Below are positions 20,772-29,274 of a stretch of 64,000 bases of DNA, piece after piece; the stretch's first letter is position 1, and each line of letters opens with the position of its first letter. Both the position numbers and the translations under genes were made by a program. Source of the stretch: an archaeon. GTDB taxonomy: Archaea > Nanobdellota > Nanobdellia > SCGC-AAA011-G17 > PNOQ01. The notes beneath the pieces are model-generated. The model did no database searches. It was not told the DNA's origin and saw nothing but the letters and a program-made list of their open reading frames with translations. The stretch is taken from contig JABHIB010000008.1 of the NCBI GenBank assembly GCA_018671245.1, positions 111,756 through 175,755 on the forward strand, read 5' to 3'.

Positions 20772-20805
20772 TTCCAATGGAATGAATTTTAATTTTGATT
20801 TAGGG
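20772..20805 (+). promoter_or_regulatory. ORB-like element 1 (mini-ORB palindrome TTCCAATGGAA plus downstream G-string)
   Basis: Sequence tttccaatggaatgaattttaattttgatttaggg. Confidence 0.45.
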
Positions 20806-21103
20806 TTTTTCGATTATCAAAAATTAACAAATTTTGTAGAAACTTTAGAATGATAACAAAAAATAAAATAAACTATATTATATATATTATATAATAAAAA
20901 AACTTAAAAAATAAAAAATAAAAAATAAAATCGAATTCTTGATTATTGTTAACCTACAAATACCTCTACTATCAAAATTATAAAATATTATTATTTTATT
21001 AAAATTATAAAATTATAAAATAAAAATATACAAAATAAAGTAAATATAATTGAAAATATTATTAAAACTCAACACGATAGTATACAGATAACAAAAAATA
21101 AAT

Positions 21104-21130
21104 TTCCATAAGAAAAAGGGGTCAGAGGGT
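21104..21130 (+). promoter_or_regulatory. ORB-like element 2 (TTCCA...GAAA...GGGGT...GGGT)
   Basis: Sequence ttccataagaaaaaggggtcagagggt. It is G-rich within an otherwise AT-only tract. Confidence 0.45.
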
Positions 21131-21191
21131 ATAACAAAATAAATAAAATTCAATAAATAATTTTATATACTAGTATAATCAAATTAATCAT

Positions 21192-21500
21192 ATGAATCTA
21201 ACATTATTATTAATATCTTTACTAGCTACAATATTTGTTTTTGAATTTACAAAACATTTCATAACAAAAACTATGTTTAAAGTAGTTTTAATAACAGTAT
21301 TAGTATCGATAGTATTTTTTATTATGATAGAAGGATTATCTGATGATGATGAATTCAAAAATAGTAATGCTATTCTTAAAACAGGATCAGTAATAGTTGA
21401 TACTGTAAAAGATCAAGAAGTAATGGAAGATTTTTCAATAAAAGAGTTCTGGCCTATAAAGAAAATAAAAAATTTTTTCATTAATGAAGAAGAATGGTAA
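21192..21500 (+). CDS. small membrane protein; stop codon TAA lies inside the 9-bp direct repeat flanking the transposon
   Basis: 102 aa with 2 TM helices and an acidic C-terminus. The stop is at 21498-21500. Confidence 0.3.
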   Translation: MNLTLLLISLLATIFVFEFTKHFITKTMFKVVLITVLVSIVFFIMIEGLSDDDEFKNSNAILKTGSVIVDTVKDQEVMEDFSIKEFWPIKKIKNFFINEEEW

Positions 21501-21505
21501 TGTAG
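21497..21505. repeat. 9-bp direct repeat GTAATGTAG (left copy; putative target-site duplication)
   Basis: Identical 9-mer at 29229-29237. Each copy abuts the outer end of a terminal inverted repeat. Confidence 0.6.
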
Positions 21506-21530
21506 TTCATTGGTGCATTAAAGGTTGGTA
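21506..21530. repeat. left terminal inverted repeat TTCATTGGTGCATTAAAGGTTGGTA
   Basis: The reverse complement of 29204-29228 is TTCATTGGTGCATAAACGGTTGGTA, identical at 23 of 25 positions. Confidence 0.6.
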
Positions 21531-21582
21531 GAATAAATTGAGTTAATATAATCTATTCTTTGCTTATTTTTTATTGAAGAAA

Positions 21583-21792
21583 CTATGTCTTTCTTCCTTT
21601 AACTATTTTAATCTTATTCTTCAAACTAAGAATCTCTTTTTCTTTTCTAATTTTAACTCTAACCTTTTCTTTATCTTTCATAAGTTTTGCTTTTTCTTTC
21701 TCTAAATAATTCTCTGCCCTCTCAAGTTTTACTAAATCTTTCTCTAACTTTTTCAATTTGGGACTAGATAATTCCCTTTTTTCTGTTTTCAT
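21583..21792 (-). CDS. small lysine-rich coiled-coil protein (transposon cargo)
   Basis: 69 aa, all K/E/L heptads. Last gene of the cargo operon. Confidence 0.3.
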   Translation of the reverse strand: MKTEKRELSSPKLKKLEKDLVKLERAENYLEKEKAKLMKDKEKVRVKIRKEKEILSLKNKIKIVKGRKT

Positions 21793-21833
21793 CCTCTTTT
21801 TATATTTTTACAATGAATTCCTTACTTATATAC

Positions 21834-23216
21834 TTAACTCTCCAACTTTTCTAAAATATTCTCATCAACAATCACAATATGTCCAATGCTTTTAACATTC
21901 TTGTATTTAACAATAATTCCCTTAGTTTTAAGATTTTGTTTTTTATCTAATCTAATTCTTAAACTATCAATCTTATTTTCTCCCAAGAGAACTTCATCAA
22001 CCTTTCCAATATAATTCCCTTCCCCACAATAAACTTCCCTTTTAATCAAACCTTTGATGCTATTCTTAGGATGTTTATTTATTCTATTAATTTCAATTTT
22101 TTCTATAATCTTTTTTTTATAAACAAAAGCCATTAATCCAAACAATCCGATTATTAGAAGAAATCCGAGAACATTCCAATTGTTATTAACTATACTTGAG
22201 CCACCAACAACAAAACCAGTCATAGTATTTCTTCCGATAAACAAAATTCCTACTAACATAAATCCAACAAGAATTATTAAGAAAGTTTTACCCTTAATTC
22301 TTTTCAAATTTTTCTTAATCTTGCTTTTGTATTCCTTATGTGTCTTTGGCTTTCCTACTTTTTTCTTTATTATTTTAAATTTAGATTTAAATAATCTAAT
22401 GATTAGCAAAATCAATAATACTGCAACTACACCTATAATTCCATAAACCAAATACATCCAATTAAAATTTTTTACAGGGAGTAAAGCACATTCTTCTTGA
22501 GATAAAACTTCAAAGGTTTCTCCTGCAACAGCAGTTTTATTCCCACTATAAGCAATTTCAGCATATAACCTGTATGTTCCTTGAGAAGCTGAATCTGGAA
22601 CTTTTAGTTCTATGTTGAAGCTTGTTTCTTTTTCAACAGCTCTTGTGTCCTTGTATTCAGTAATTAATTTATTATTTTTATCAATAATCCAATAAGTCAT
22701 AAAAGCATCAAGAAGTTCTACTTTAGCATAATTTTCCAATTTTACATTTGCTTTAATCTTTTTTCCAGAACAAATCTCTTTATATCCATCTTCTAAATTT
22801 AAATAAATATCAAATAAAGGTTCTGATGGGCCAAGATATTCACAAATTTGTGTTTGATTTGGCATTCCTTTTGTTCCAGTGCAATCTCCTTTATTTGCAC
22901 AAATTCTTTCTTGTATCCCTGATTCTGGGCAGATAGATGGAAACCACTCTGTACATTGCCAGTCATAAGTACACTTGCTTCCTCCAGAACTTCCTCCTCC
23001 AGGATTTGGAGTTGTGGGACAAGCTCCGCAATCTCCTGGGCAAGTTGAACAGCTTTCTCCATTATTGCAAATTCCATCTCCGCAATATAAAGACGGTGTT
23101 GAAATTTCAGAGTAATTTCCAGAACCATAAATCCCTTCTCCATAGTTACCTGCAGAAACTAATGGAATTAGAACTAATATTAATGCAAAAAAAATAAGTT
23201 TTTTTTTGATTATCAT
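21834..23216 (-). CDS. signal-peptide, Cys-rich extracellular domain, TM, C-terminal PRC-barrel-like protein
   Basis: Signal peptide MIIKKKLIFFALILVLIPLVSA and Cys cluster CGDGICNNGESCSTCPGDCGACP. TM helices near residues 255-275 and 300-360. The C-terminal 70 aa (YCGEGNYIGKVDEVLLGENKIDSLRIRL...IVIVDENIL) resemble a PRC barrel. Confidence 0.45.
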   Translation of the reverse strand: MIIKKKLIFFALILVLIPLVSAGNYGEGIYGSGNYSEISTPSLYCGDGICNNGESCSTCPGDCGACPTTPNPGGGSSGGSKCTYDWQCTEWFPSICPESGIQERICANKGDCTGTKGMPNQTQICEYLGPSEPLFDIYLNLEDGYKEICSGKKIKANVKLENYAKVELLDAFMTYWIIDKNNKLITEYKDTRAVEKETSFNIELKVPDSASQGTYRLYAEIAYSGNKTAVAGETFEVLSQEECALLPVKNFNWMYLVYGIIGVVAVLLILLIIRLFKSKFKIIKKKVGKPKTHKEYKSKIKKNLKRIKGKTFLIILVGFMLVGILFIGRNTMTGFVVGGSSIVNNNWNVLGFLLIIGLFGLMAFVYKKKIIEKIEINRINKHPKNSIKGLIKREVYCGEGNYIGKVDEVLLGENKIDSLRIRLDKKQNLKTKGIIVKYKNVKSIGHIVIVDENILEKLES

Positions 23217-25642
23217 CTTATACTCCCTCCTGGATTAATTACAAATTTACATCCATCTTCTTTATAAATTTCCCAATGAGAACTAGTAAAACTCATATTC
23301 GCATTCCAAGTTAGAGTTCCAGAACCAGTAATTGTAATATTATTTGGGACTATAAAATTAGTATCCCAAACACAATTATCAGAACATGTAATTGCCCAGT
23401 TTCCAGAATCTGGGGCTGTGCAAGTATTGAGAGCTATTGTGATTTTTCTTGTCTTAGTAATATTTAAATTTCCCCCGGTATCAATTGCATAAGCAGTATA
23501 ATTATAATTTCCAAGATTTAAATCTGTGAAATTGTTATGTAAATTATATAATCCATTATCATAAGAGGCGTTGATCTCTTCTGGACTTAATGCTCTTGAA
23601 TATATTTTGACTTCATCAATATCTCCCTTAAATAAATAACCTGCACTATTTCCTGATGCTCCTATTCTTGTAACTGCAGCACCCTTGGTTGCGGTTAATG
23701 CCTTAAAATTAGCAGAAGTTAAAGGATAATCCATTATTTCTACACCATTTACATAAACTGTTGCGGTTGTTCCATCCCAAGAGTTAACAACATGATACCA
23801 TGTATCTAATTCTGCAACAATACTTGTACCTCCAGATTGATAAGTCGGTCCACTAGCACCTGCACCTATTGTTGCAGTTATGTGGTGTGAAGTTGCTTCT
23901 AACCCAATAAAAAAAACAGAACTACCAACACTGGTTCCATCATTTCTATGAAGTGGGGTTCGCCATCCACTAGGTAAGTCTGCTGTTCGTCTTATCCAAG
24001 CTTCAACAGTCATAGCATCATAATTTCCATCAGCAGTACTTCCAAGATTAATATAATCGTCTACCCCATCGAATTCCAAAGAATATCCATATTTTCCAGT
24101 TACTAAACTTTCTTCTCCAAAATCCGCCCCAGTAAAAATTCCAAAATTATCATAACTTGAATTATCATAAACACCTGATGCATTTGTATTTTCAAAATTC
24201 CAATATCCTAACAAAGAATAATTCCAATCAAAAAATGCTGAAGTATCTAATCCGTCTGTTATTGTTGTATTTAAATAAACAAAATTTTCACTTTTTGTAT
24301 CTCCATCTGTAGGTGTGGGAGGTTCCCAAATTACTACTGGAGGATCTTGATCCACAATTGTTAAATCACTTGAATTTCCCCATTCACTATATGCTCCATC
24401 ATATAATCTCATACCACATTTCCAGACATCCCCTGAACTAGTATTTCCAGAATCTAAAACTGCATTAAATTCATAATTATTAGGATAACTTTCATTATAA
24501 TCAACAGTTAAATTCAAAACACCATCTTTATACCATCTTACTGTAACATTCATAGCATCTTCATCAATATCTAAGAGTGTATCATAACAATTTAAATCTT
24601 GATTATTTAAATTACTTCCATCAGTTGAATTAATTTCAGGAGTTGGTGTCTCTGGAGGGCCACTTACAGCAACAGTAACATTTCTTGAATCTATATTTAA
24701 ATTACCTTCTTCATCCAGAACATAAGCAGAATAATTATAAATTCCATTTTCAAGAGAAGAAAAATTATGATAAAGTCTATTTGCAGTATTATTATATAAT
24801 GCACCAATTTCTTCTGCACTTAATGCACGTTCCACAATCAATACTTCATCTACCTTACCTTTATATTGATAATTAGCACCATTACTGGATGCACCAATTC
24901 TTGTGGGAGTTGTTAAAGTATTATATGTTGCTAAAGCATATTCTTTGTTATATTCACCATTTAGATAAACTACAACATCAGTCCCATTCCAAACAGCAGC
25001 TATGTGCCACCATTCCCCATAAGTTGCAAGTTGTGTAGTTCTTCCTGCATACCAACCACCAGGGGCACCTGAATTAGCTCCAATAGTAGCAGTTAATAAA
25101 TTATCATTACTAACACCTAACCAATATGAACTTGAACCAATCGTTGTCGAAGTTGCATGATGTAAAGCACATTCATAAGAAGGGCCATCAGCAGTTTTGT
25201 AAAGCCAAGAAGCAATCGTAAGTTCGGTAGGATTACTAACAACAACATTATCTGTTTTAATATAGTCATTCACTCCATCAAATTCTAAAGCATTTCCATA
25301 TTTTCCGGTGGTTATATTTGAAGTAGTTGGTCCTCTTCCACCAAAAGTCATGAAGTTATCATAACTTGAATTATCAAAAACTCCTGTTGAATTTGTATTT
25401 TCAAAATTCCAATATCCTAACAAAGAATAATCCCAGTCAAAAAAAGCAGAAGTTTCATTATCATCGGTTATAGTTGTATTAAGATAAACCCAAGCATTTT
25501 CAGTTATATCTCCATCTGGAGGGGTTGGGGGTTCCCAAGTTATAGTTGGAGTATCAGCACTAACTAAAGCCAGAGAAAAACTAAATAATAAAAATATAAA
25601 AAAGGTTAAAATTATCTTTTTTTTTAATAATCTTTGTTTCAT
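23213..25642 (-). CDS. secreted protein with two tandem LamG/ConA-like lectin-type domains (internal duplication)
   Basis: Signal peptide. Two about 400-aa repeats each begin (T/V)(I/V)TWEPPTPxDGD...YLNTTITD...SAFFDW(D/N)YSLLGYWNFENTN. They contain LEFDGV(N/D)DYI...WYHxxxxWNGT...VYxNGE blocks characteristic of the LamG/pentraxin fold. Many N-x-S/T sequons. Confidence 0.6.
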   Translation of the reverse strand: MKQRLLKKKIILTFFIFLLFSFSLALVSADTPTITWEPPTPPDGDITENAWVYLNTTITDDNETSAFFDWDYSLLGYWNFENTNSTGVFDNSSYDNFMTFGGRGPTTSNITTGKYGNALEFDGVNDYIKTDNVVVSNPTELTIASWLYKTADGPSYECALHHATSTTIGSSSYWLGVSNDNLLTATIGANSGAPGGWYAGRTTQLATYGEWWHIAAVWNGTDVVVYLNGEYNKEYALATYNTLTTPTRIGASSNGANYQYKGKVDEVLIVERALSAEEIGALYNNTANRLYHNFSSLENGIYNYSAYVLDEEGNLNIDSRNVTVAVSGPPETPTPEINSTDGSNLNNQDLNCYDTLLDIDEDAMNVTVRWYKDGVLNLTVDYNESYPNNYEFNAVLDSGNTSSGDVWKCGMRLYDGAYSEWGNSSDLTIVDQDPPVVIWEPPTPTDGDTKSENFVYLNTTITDGLDTSAFFDWNYSLLGYWNFENTNASGVYDNSSYDNFGIFTGADFGEESLVTGKYGYSLEFDGVDDYINLGSTADGNYDAMTVEAWIRRTADLPSGWRTPLHRNDGTSVGSSVFFIGLEATSHHITATIGAGASGPTYQSGGTSIVAELDTWYHVVNSWDGTTATVYVNGVEIMDYPLTSANFKALTATKGAAVTRIGASGNSAGYLFKGDIDEVKIYSRALSPEEINASYDNGLYNLHNNFTDLNLGNYNYTAYAIDTGGNLNITKTRKITIALNTCTAPDSGNWAITCSDNCVWDTNFIVPNNITITGSGTLTWNANMSFTSSHWEIYKEDGCKFVINPGGSIR

Positions 25643-25643
25643 T

Positions 25644-27554
25644 TTAACTCTGGATTATTATTCCACTCCCATTATGATACATTTTAGCTGAGCAGTCTGC
25701 GGTGAAACAAAAAGTATCTGTTGTTGTAATATTTCCAGTTGCATTAATATCCCCCGCAACATCTAAATTTCCAGTCATAGCATCTCCACTAACATTAACA
25801 AATGCATTATCAGCATCACTTGCGGTTATGGCATTTTCCACACACCCAGTTATTTCAGAACACTCATCTTGTCCTGCAAGAGCACTATCGATTTCTGATT
25901 CTGTATAAAATAAACTTGTTAACCAACTCACCAAAATACTCAAAGTTCCATCATTATTCTCCATTTGAGTTTCATTAATAGTATTCAGGTTATCCCAATA
26001 ATCTGATGAATTAACATTTAAATCAGATTCCTCACCATCATCTATCCAATCATCTTGATTAATATCCATATAAAGTGTATCAGCTAATGATTGATTCCAA
26101 CTTGAGTTATCTCCTGTAACACTTATGCTTGCATACAAAGTGTCAGCATAAGTTTTGTTCCAATCATCTCCATAATTCACCGGAGCATAATTGTCATCAA
26201 GCAAAGTTGTCAAATCTGATTCTTCATCATAAAATATTGTTCTTGCATAACTTTCATTCCAGGATGAATTATCTCCTGCAACTCCAGAAATCTGATTATC
26301 AACATAATCTTTCATTGAATCATTAAAGATAACATCTTGTGTATCTGCATAAGCATTAGCTGGAATTGTTTGGTTGTAAGCCCAAGTGTCATAAGTTGCA
26401 TTGTATGTTGAAAGCCAGCTAGCTTCTTGTGAAGTTATATAATCAAACACAGGTGTAGATTGATTGTAATCCCATTCAATTCCTGCATAAAGTGTATCAG
26501 CTAATGATTGATTCCAACTTGAGTTATCTCCTGTAACACTTATGCTTGCATACAAAGTGTCAGCATAAGTTTTGTTCCAATCATCTCCATAATTCACCGG
26601 AGCATATAAAGTGTCTGTCAAAGATTGATTAAAAGAGGAGTTTCCTCCAGAAATTCCATCAATCCTTGTGCTCAAAGAAGAATTAACTGAATTAATTAAA
26701 TCTGTTTCATTATAATTATCTGCTATATTATCAATTGTATTATTTAACTTAGTTTCATTAAAGTAAATGGTGGTGGTATCATTATATAAATAATTTCCAT
26801 CTGCTGTTTTTTGTGTGTCTATTCCTCCCCCCCAACGAGAATCCCCTGTGTTGTTAAATATCTCATCCCATATTGTTGGAATTTCTGGTTTGTTTGTCAA
26901 GTCATTATAATCTTTATCCCATGCAGAATAAATAGGATCAGATTCACTTGTTAAATAACTCTGCAAATCACTTATCTGCGATTCTTCAATTGTAACATTG
27001 CTCCAGTCATCTGAATAAACTTTTGAAGCATAAATATTAGTAACATACAAATTCGCCCATTTTAACAATGAACTTCCTAAATTAAATAAATTATTAATCT
27101 CTGGAAGAAAAGAGCCATTTAAATATTGATTAGTTACAGTCGCATTAAGATAGCTTCCGATTAAAGATAAATTACCATTGATTATTACATTTCCATCAAT
27201 TGTTCCCCCTTCATCTTTGTCAAGATAATTAGCATCATTTGTGAACTTGCTGATTGTAACTTCTGTTAGATCTATCTTGCTTGAATTAATAGAATCATCA
27301 GCTAAATCTTCGGCACTAAGAGTTCCATCTAAAATATGGGAAGTATTTATGGAGGAAGAATAAATATTTGTCCCGTTCACCATTGTTTCATTTAATTTAA
27401 CTCCATCACTACCTGCAATTTTTGATAAAAAATCATTAAGGACCGTTCCCCAATCATTTTCATCTCCTCCTATAGTTGGAAGACGAGATGCGGATACCAA
27501 ACTCATCATCAATAAAATAAATATTCCAATTAAAAATAATTTACTTGCCCTCAT
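25644..27554 (-). CDS. secreted sequon-rich surface (S-layer-like) protein with internal near-identical repeat
   Basis: Signal peptide MRASKLFLIGIFILLMMSLVSA and more than 30 N-x-S/T sequons. The peptide block LTDTLYAPVNYGDDWNKTYADTLYASISVTGDNSSWNQSLADTLY occurs twice, encoded by about 120-bp identical DNA copies at 26068-26188 and 26486-26606. Confidence 0.5.
   Translation of the reverse strand: MRASKLFLIGIFILLMMSLVSASRLPTIGGDENDWGTVLNDFLSKIAGSDGVKLNETMVNGTNIYSSSINTSHILDGTLSAEDLADDSINSSKIDLTEVTISKFTNDANYLDKDEGGTIDGNVIINGNLSLIGSYLNATVTNQYLNGSFLPEINNLFNLGSSLLKWANLYVTNIYASKVYSDDWSNVTIEESQISDLQSYLTSESDPIYSAWDKDYNDLTNKPEIPTIWDEIFNNTGDSRWGGGIDTQKTADGNYLYNDTTTIYFNETKLNNTIDNIADNYNETDLINSVNSSLSTRIDGISGGNSSFNQSLTDTLYAPVNYGDDWNKTYADTLYASISVTGDNSSWNQSLADTLYAGIEWDYNQSTPVFDYITSQEASWLSTYNATYDTWAYNQTIPANAYADTQDVIFNDSMKDYVDNQISGVAGDNSSWNESYARTIFYDEESDLTTLLDDNYAPVNYGDDWNKTYADTLYASISVTGDNSSWNQSLADTLYMDINQDDWIDDGEESDLNVNSSDYWDNLNTINETQMENNDGTLSILVSWLTSLFYTESEIDSALAGQDECSEITGCVENAITASDADNAFVNVSGDAMTGNLDVAGDINATGNITTTDTFCFTADCSAKMYHNGSGIIIQS
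26068..26606. repeat. two about 120-bp identical direct repeats (period about 418 bp) inside the surface-protein gene
   Basis: cataaagtgtatcagctaatgattgattccaacttgagttatctcctgtaacacttatgcttgcatacaaagtgtcagcataagttttgttccaatcatctccataattcaccggagcata is present at both positions. Confidence 0.7.
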
Positions 27555-27723
27555 TTTTACTTCCCTCTTTTTTTACTGCAAGCCAATTCATCACAATAGC
27601 ACGAACAATCTCCGCATCACTCTCACCAAAGATATCTTGATATTCTCTCATAATTTCCATTTGTTTTTTAGTGAATGTTACCTGAACTTTTACAACTTCT
27701 TTCTTCTCTATCTTAGTTCCCAT
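27541..27723 (-). CDS. small ribbon-helix-helix-like protein, first gene overlapping the cargo operon
   Basis: 60 aa. A beta-strand segment VKVQVTFTKKQ is followed by two helices (MEIMREYQDIF, AEIVRAIVMNWL), the CopG/Arc-type arrangement. Its stop overlaps the start of 25644-27554 by 14 nt. Confidence 0.35.
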   Translation of the reverse strand: MGTKIEKKEVVKVQVTFTKKQMEIMREYQDIFGESDAEIVRAIVMNWLAVKKEGSKNEGK

Positions 27724-27897
27724 ACATAGAGGAATGTTTTAAGAGTATTTAAAGATTTCTATTATAATCTAATTAGAATGTTATTAGAATATATTAAGAT
27801 GTCTCAGAAATTTGACTGGCTCCGAAATCTGCTCCGCTTGATTTCTCCGCTAAAAAATCTATTAATGTAAAAAGAATTCTTAAGTTGGAGGTCAATT

Positions 27898-28038
27898 ATT
27901 ACTTCTTCTTGGGTTTATTCCAGTATGGGCTTTTACACTTAGGGCAAATAATTGGCTTTTCCTTTTTATTTCTTGGTGCCCATTCATGTCCACATCTCTC
28001 ACATTTGTAACCCTTAATCTTAATTGTTATTTCTGCCA
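27898..28038 (-). CDS. unannotated 46-aa zinc-ribbon protein with lysine tail
   Basis: Reverse complement reads MAEITIKIKGYKCERCGHEWAPRNKKEKPIICPKCKSPYWNKPKKK. The CxxC...CPxC pattern is the same as in the C-terminus of 38142-38543. Below the ORF-track length cutoff. Confidence 0.35.
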
Positions 28039-28213
28039 TAATTAGAATTAGGATAATGTATATATAAATCTTACCTTTTAGGGTATTACCTATATAGTAA
28101 TAACTTTATAGCCGAAACATTTAAATAGTTTACTTACCTTAATAAGTTATACCTAATTAGGTAAATATAAAGAGGGCTCCGAAGAGCCCTAGATTCCATC
28201 CAACGCAAATCAA

Positions 28214-29140
28214 ATGAAATCTAACAATGTAAAAAAGAGCAAGTATAAAAAACTTTCTTGTCCTAATTGCAAATCAAAAAATATAATCAAATGGACAAAA
28301 AGAAAAACAGAAAATAGAGGATTAATTCAGAGATATAAATGCAATGATTGTGATAAAACATTTACAATAAATGATGGTTTCTTTAGAATGAGAAATCATC
28401 CCAAAAAAATAACTTGTGCTTTAGATTTATTTTATAGAGGAGTTTCAACAAGAAAAGTTCAAGAACATTTTAAGGCATTTTATCCTCATAATGCAGATCA
28501 TACTTCTGTTTTAAGATGGCTTAGAAAATATTCAATAATGATTTCAAAATTCACAGATAATCTTTATCTTAATATCGGACAAGAAATTCAAATTGATGAG
28601 ATGGAATATCACAGAAGGAAATTCTATAATAAAAAGGGTGTAGATAAAAATTGGTTCATTGATTGTATTGATAGTAGAACAAGATTTATGATTTCTTCTG
28701 AATATGTTAAAGCAAGAGAACAAAAAGAACTAAAATTTGTTTTATCAAAAGCAAAACAAAAAACAGGGGAGCAAGTTAAGATTGTAACTTCTGATGGACT
28801 TCTTGCTTATCCAAATGCTATTAAGAAAGTTTATGGATTTTCAAATAAAACTCATAAACTTAATGTTTATCATAATCAGGTTAATGCTTCAAAAGGTGAA
28901 GGGTTTAACATCATGATTGAAAGATTGCACAATTCAATAAGAGAAAGAACTAAAACTTTTAGAGGTTTTCATGGTTCTGTTGAAAGTGCAAATGCAATAA
29001 TGAAGGGTTATGAAATATTCTATAACTTCATAAGAAAACATCAGTCAATCAAAAGATGTCCTTATGAACTTGCTATCCCAAAATTGAAACTTAATTCTGA
29101 AAATAAATGGATGGAGTTGATTAAAATGGCAAACGAATAA
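28214..29140 (+). CDS. IS6-family transposase (DDE) with N-terminal zinc-ribbon extension
   Basis: N-terminal CPNCKS...CNDCDK zinc ribbon. HTH block GVSTRKVQEHF...DHTSVLRWLRKY aligns with IS26 TnpA (GISYRELQEML...DHSTIYRWVQRY). DDE blocks IQIDEMEY...W.IDSRTR, VTSDGLLAYPNAI and IERLHNSIRERTK match IS26 HMDETYV, TDKAPAY and IECDHGKLKR. Confidence 0.85.
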   Translation: MKSNNVKKSKYKKLSCPNCKSKNIIKWTKRKTENRGLIQRYKCNDCDKTFTINDGFFRMRNHPKKITCALDLFYRGVSTRKVQEHFKAFYPHNADHTSVLRWLRKYSIMISKFTDNLYLNIGQEIQIDEMEYHRRKFYNKKGVDKNWFIDCIDSRTRFMISSEYVKAREQKELKFVLSKAKQKTGEQVKIVTSDGLLAYPNAIKKVYGFSNKTHKLNVYHNQVNASKGEGFNIMIERLHNSIRERTKTFRGFHGSVESANAIMKGYEIFYNFIRKHQSIKRCPYELAIPKLKLNSENKWMELIKMANE

Positions 29141-29203
29141 TAAAATAAAAAACCCACAATGGAAACTTCGGTTAAAATTTCAAAGATGGAATTATATTGA
29201 AAT

Positions 29204-29228
29204 TACCAACCGTTTATGCACCAATGAA
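29204..29228. repeat. right terminal inverted repeat TACCAACCGTTTATGCACCAATGAA
   Basis: Reverse-complementary to 21506-21530 (23/25). Followed by the 9-bp direct repeat at 29229-29237. Confidence 0.6.
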
Positions 29229-29237
29229 GTAATGTAG
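29229..29237. repeat. 9-bp direct repeat GTAATGTAG (right copy)
   Basis: Exact copy of 21497-21505. Confidence 0.6.
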
Positions 29238-29274
29238 AAAGTTTTATATAATCTATCTCATTTATTAATTTAAA

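Larger units (their letters stand above)
20690..21190. promoter_or_regulatory. candidate chromosomal replication origin (oriC) with ORB-like elements and an AT-rich unwinding region
   Basis: A 500-bp non-coding tract immediately upstream of cdc6, well over 85% A+T between 20880 and 21090. It contains TTCCAATGGAA...GGG (20772-20805) and TTCCATAAGAAAAAGGGGTCAGAGGGT (21104-21130), which resemble the ORB consensus TTCCAnTGGAAA...GGGGT. Confidence 0.55.
21506..29228. mobile_element. 7.7-kb IS6-family-bounded unit transposon carrying a surface-protein cargo operon
   Basis: 25-bp imperfect TIRs at both ends, flanked by a perfect 9-bp direct repeat. There is a single IS6-family transposase at the right end and six cargo genes on the opposite strand. 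Confidence 0.55.
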
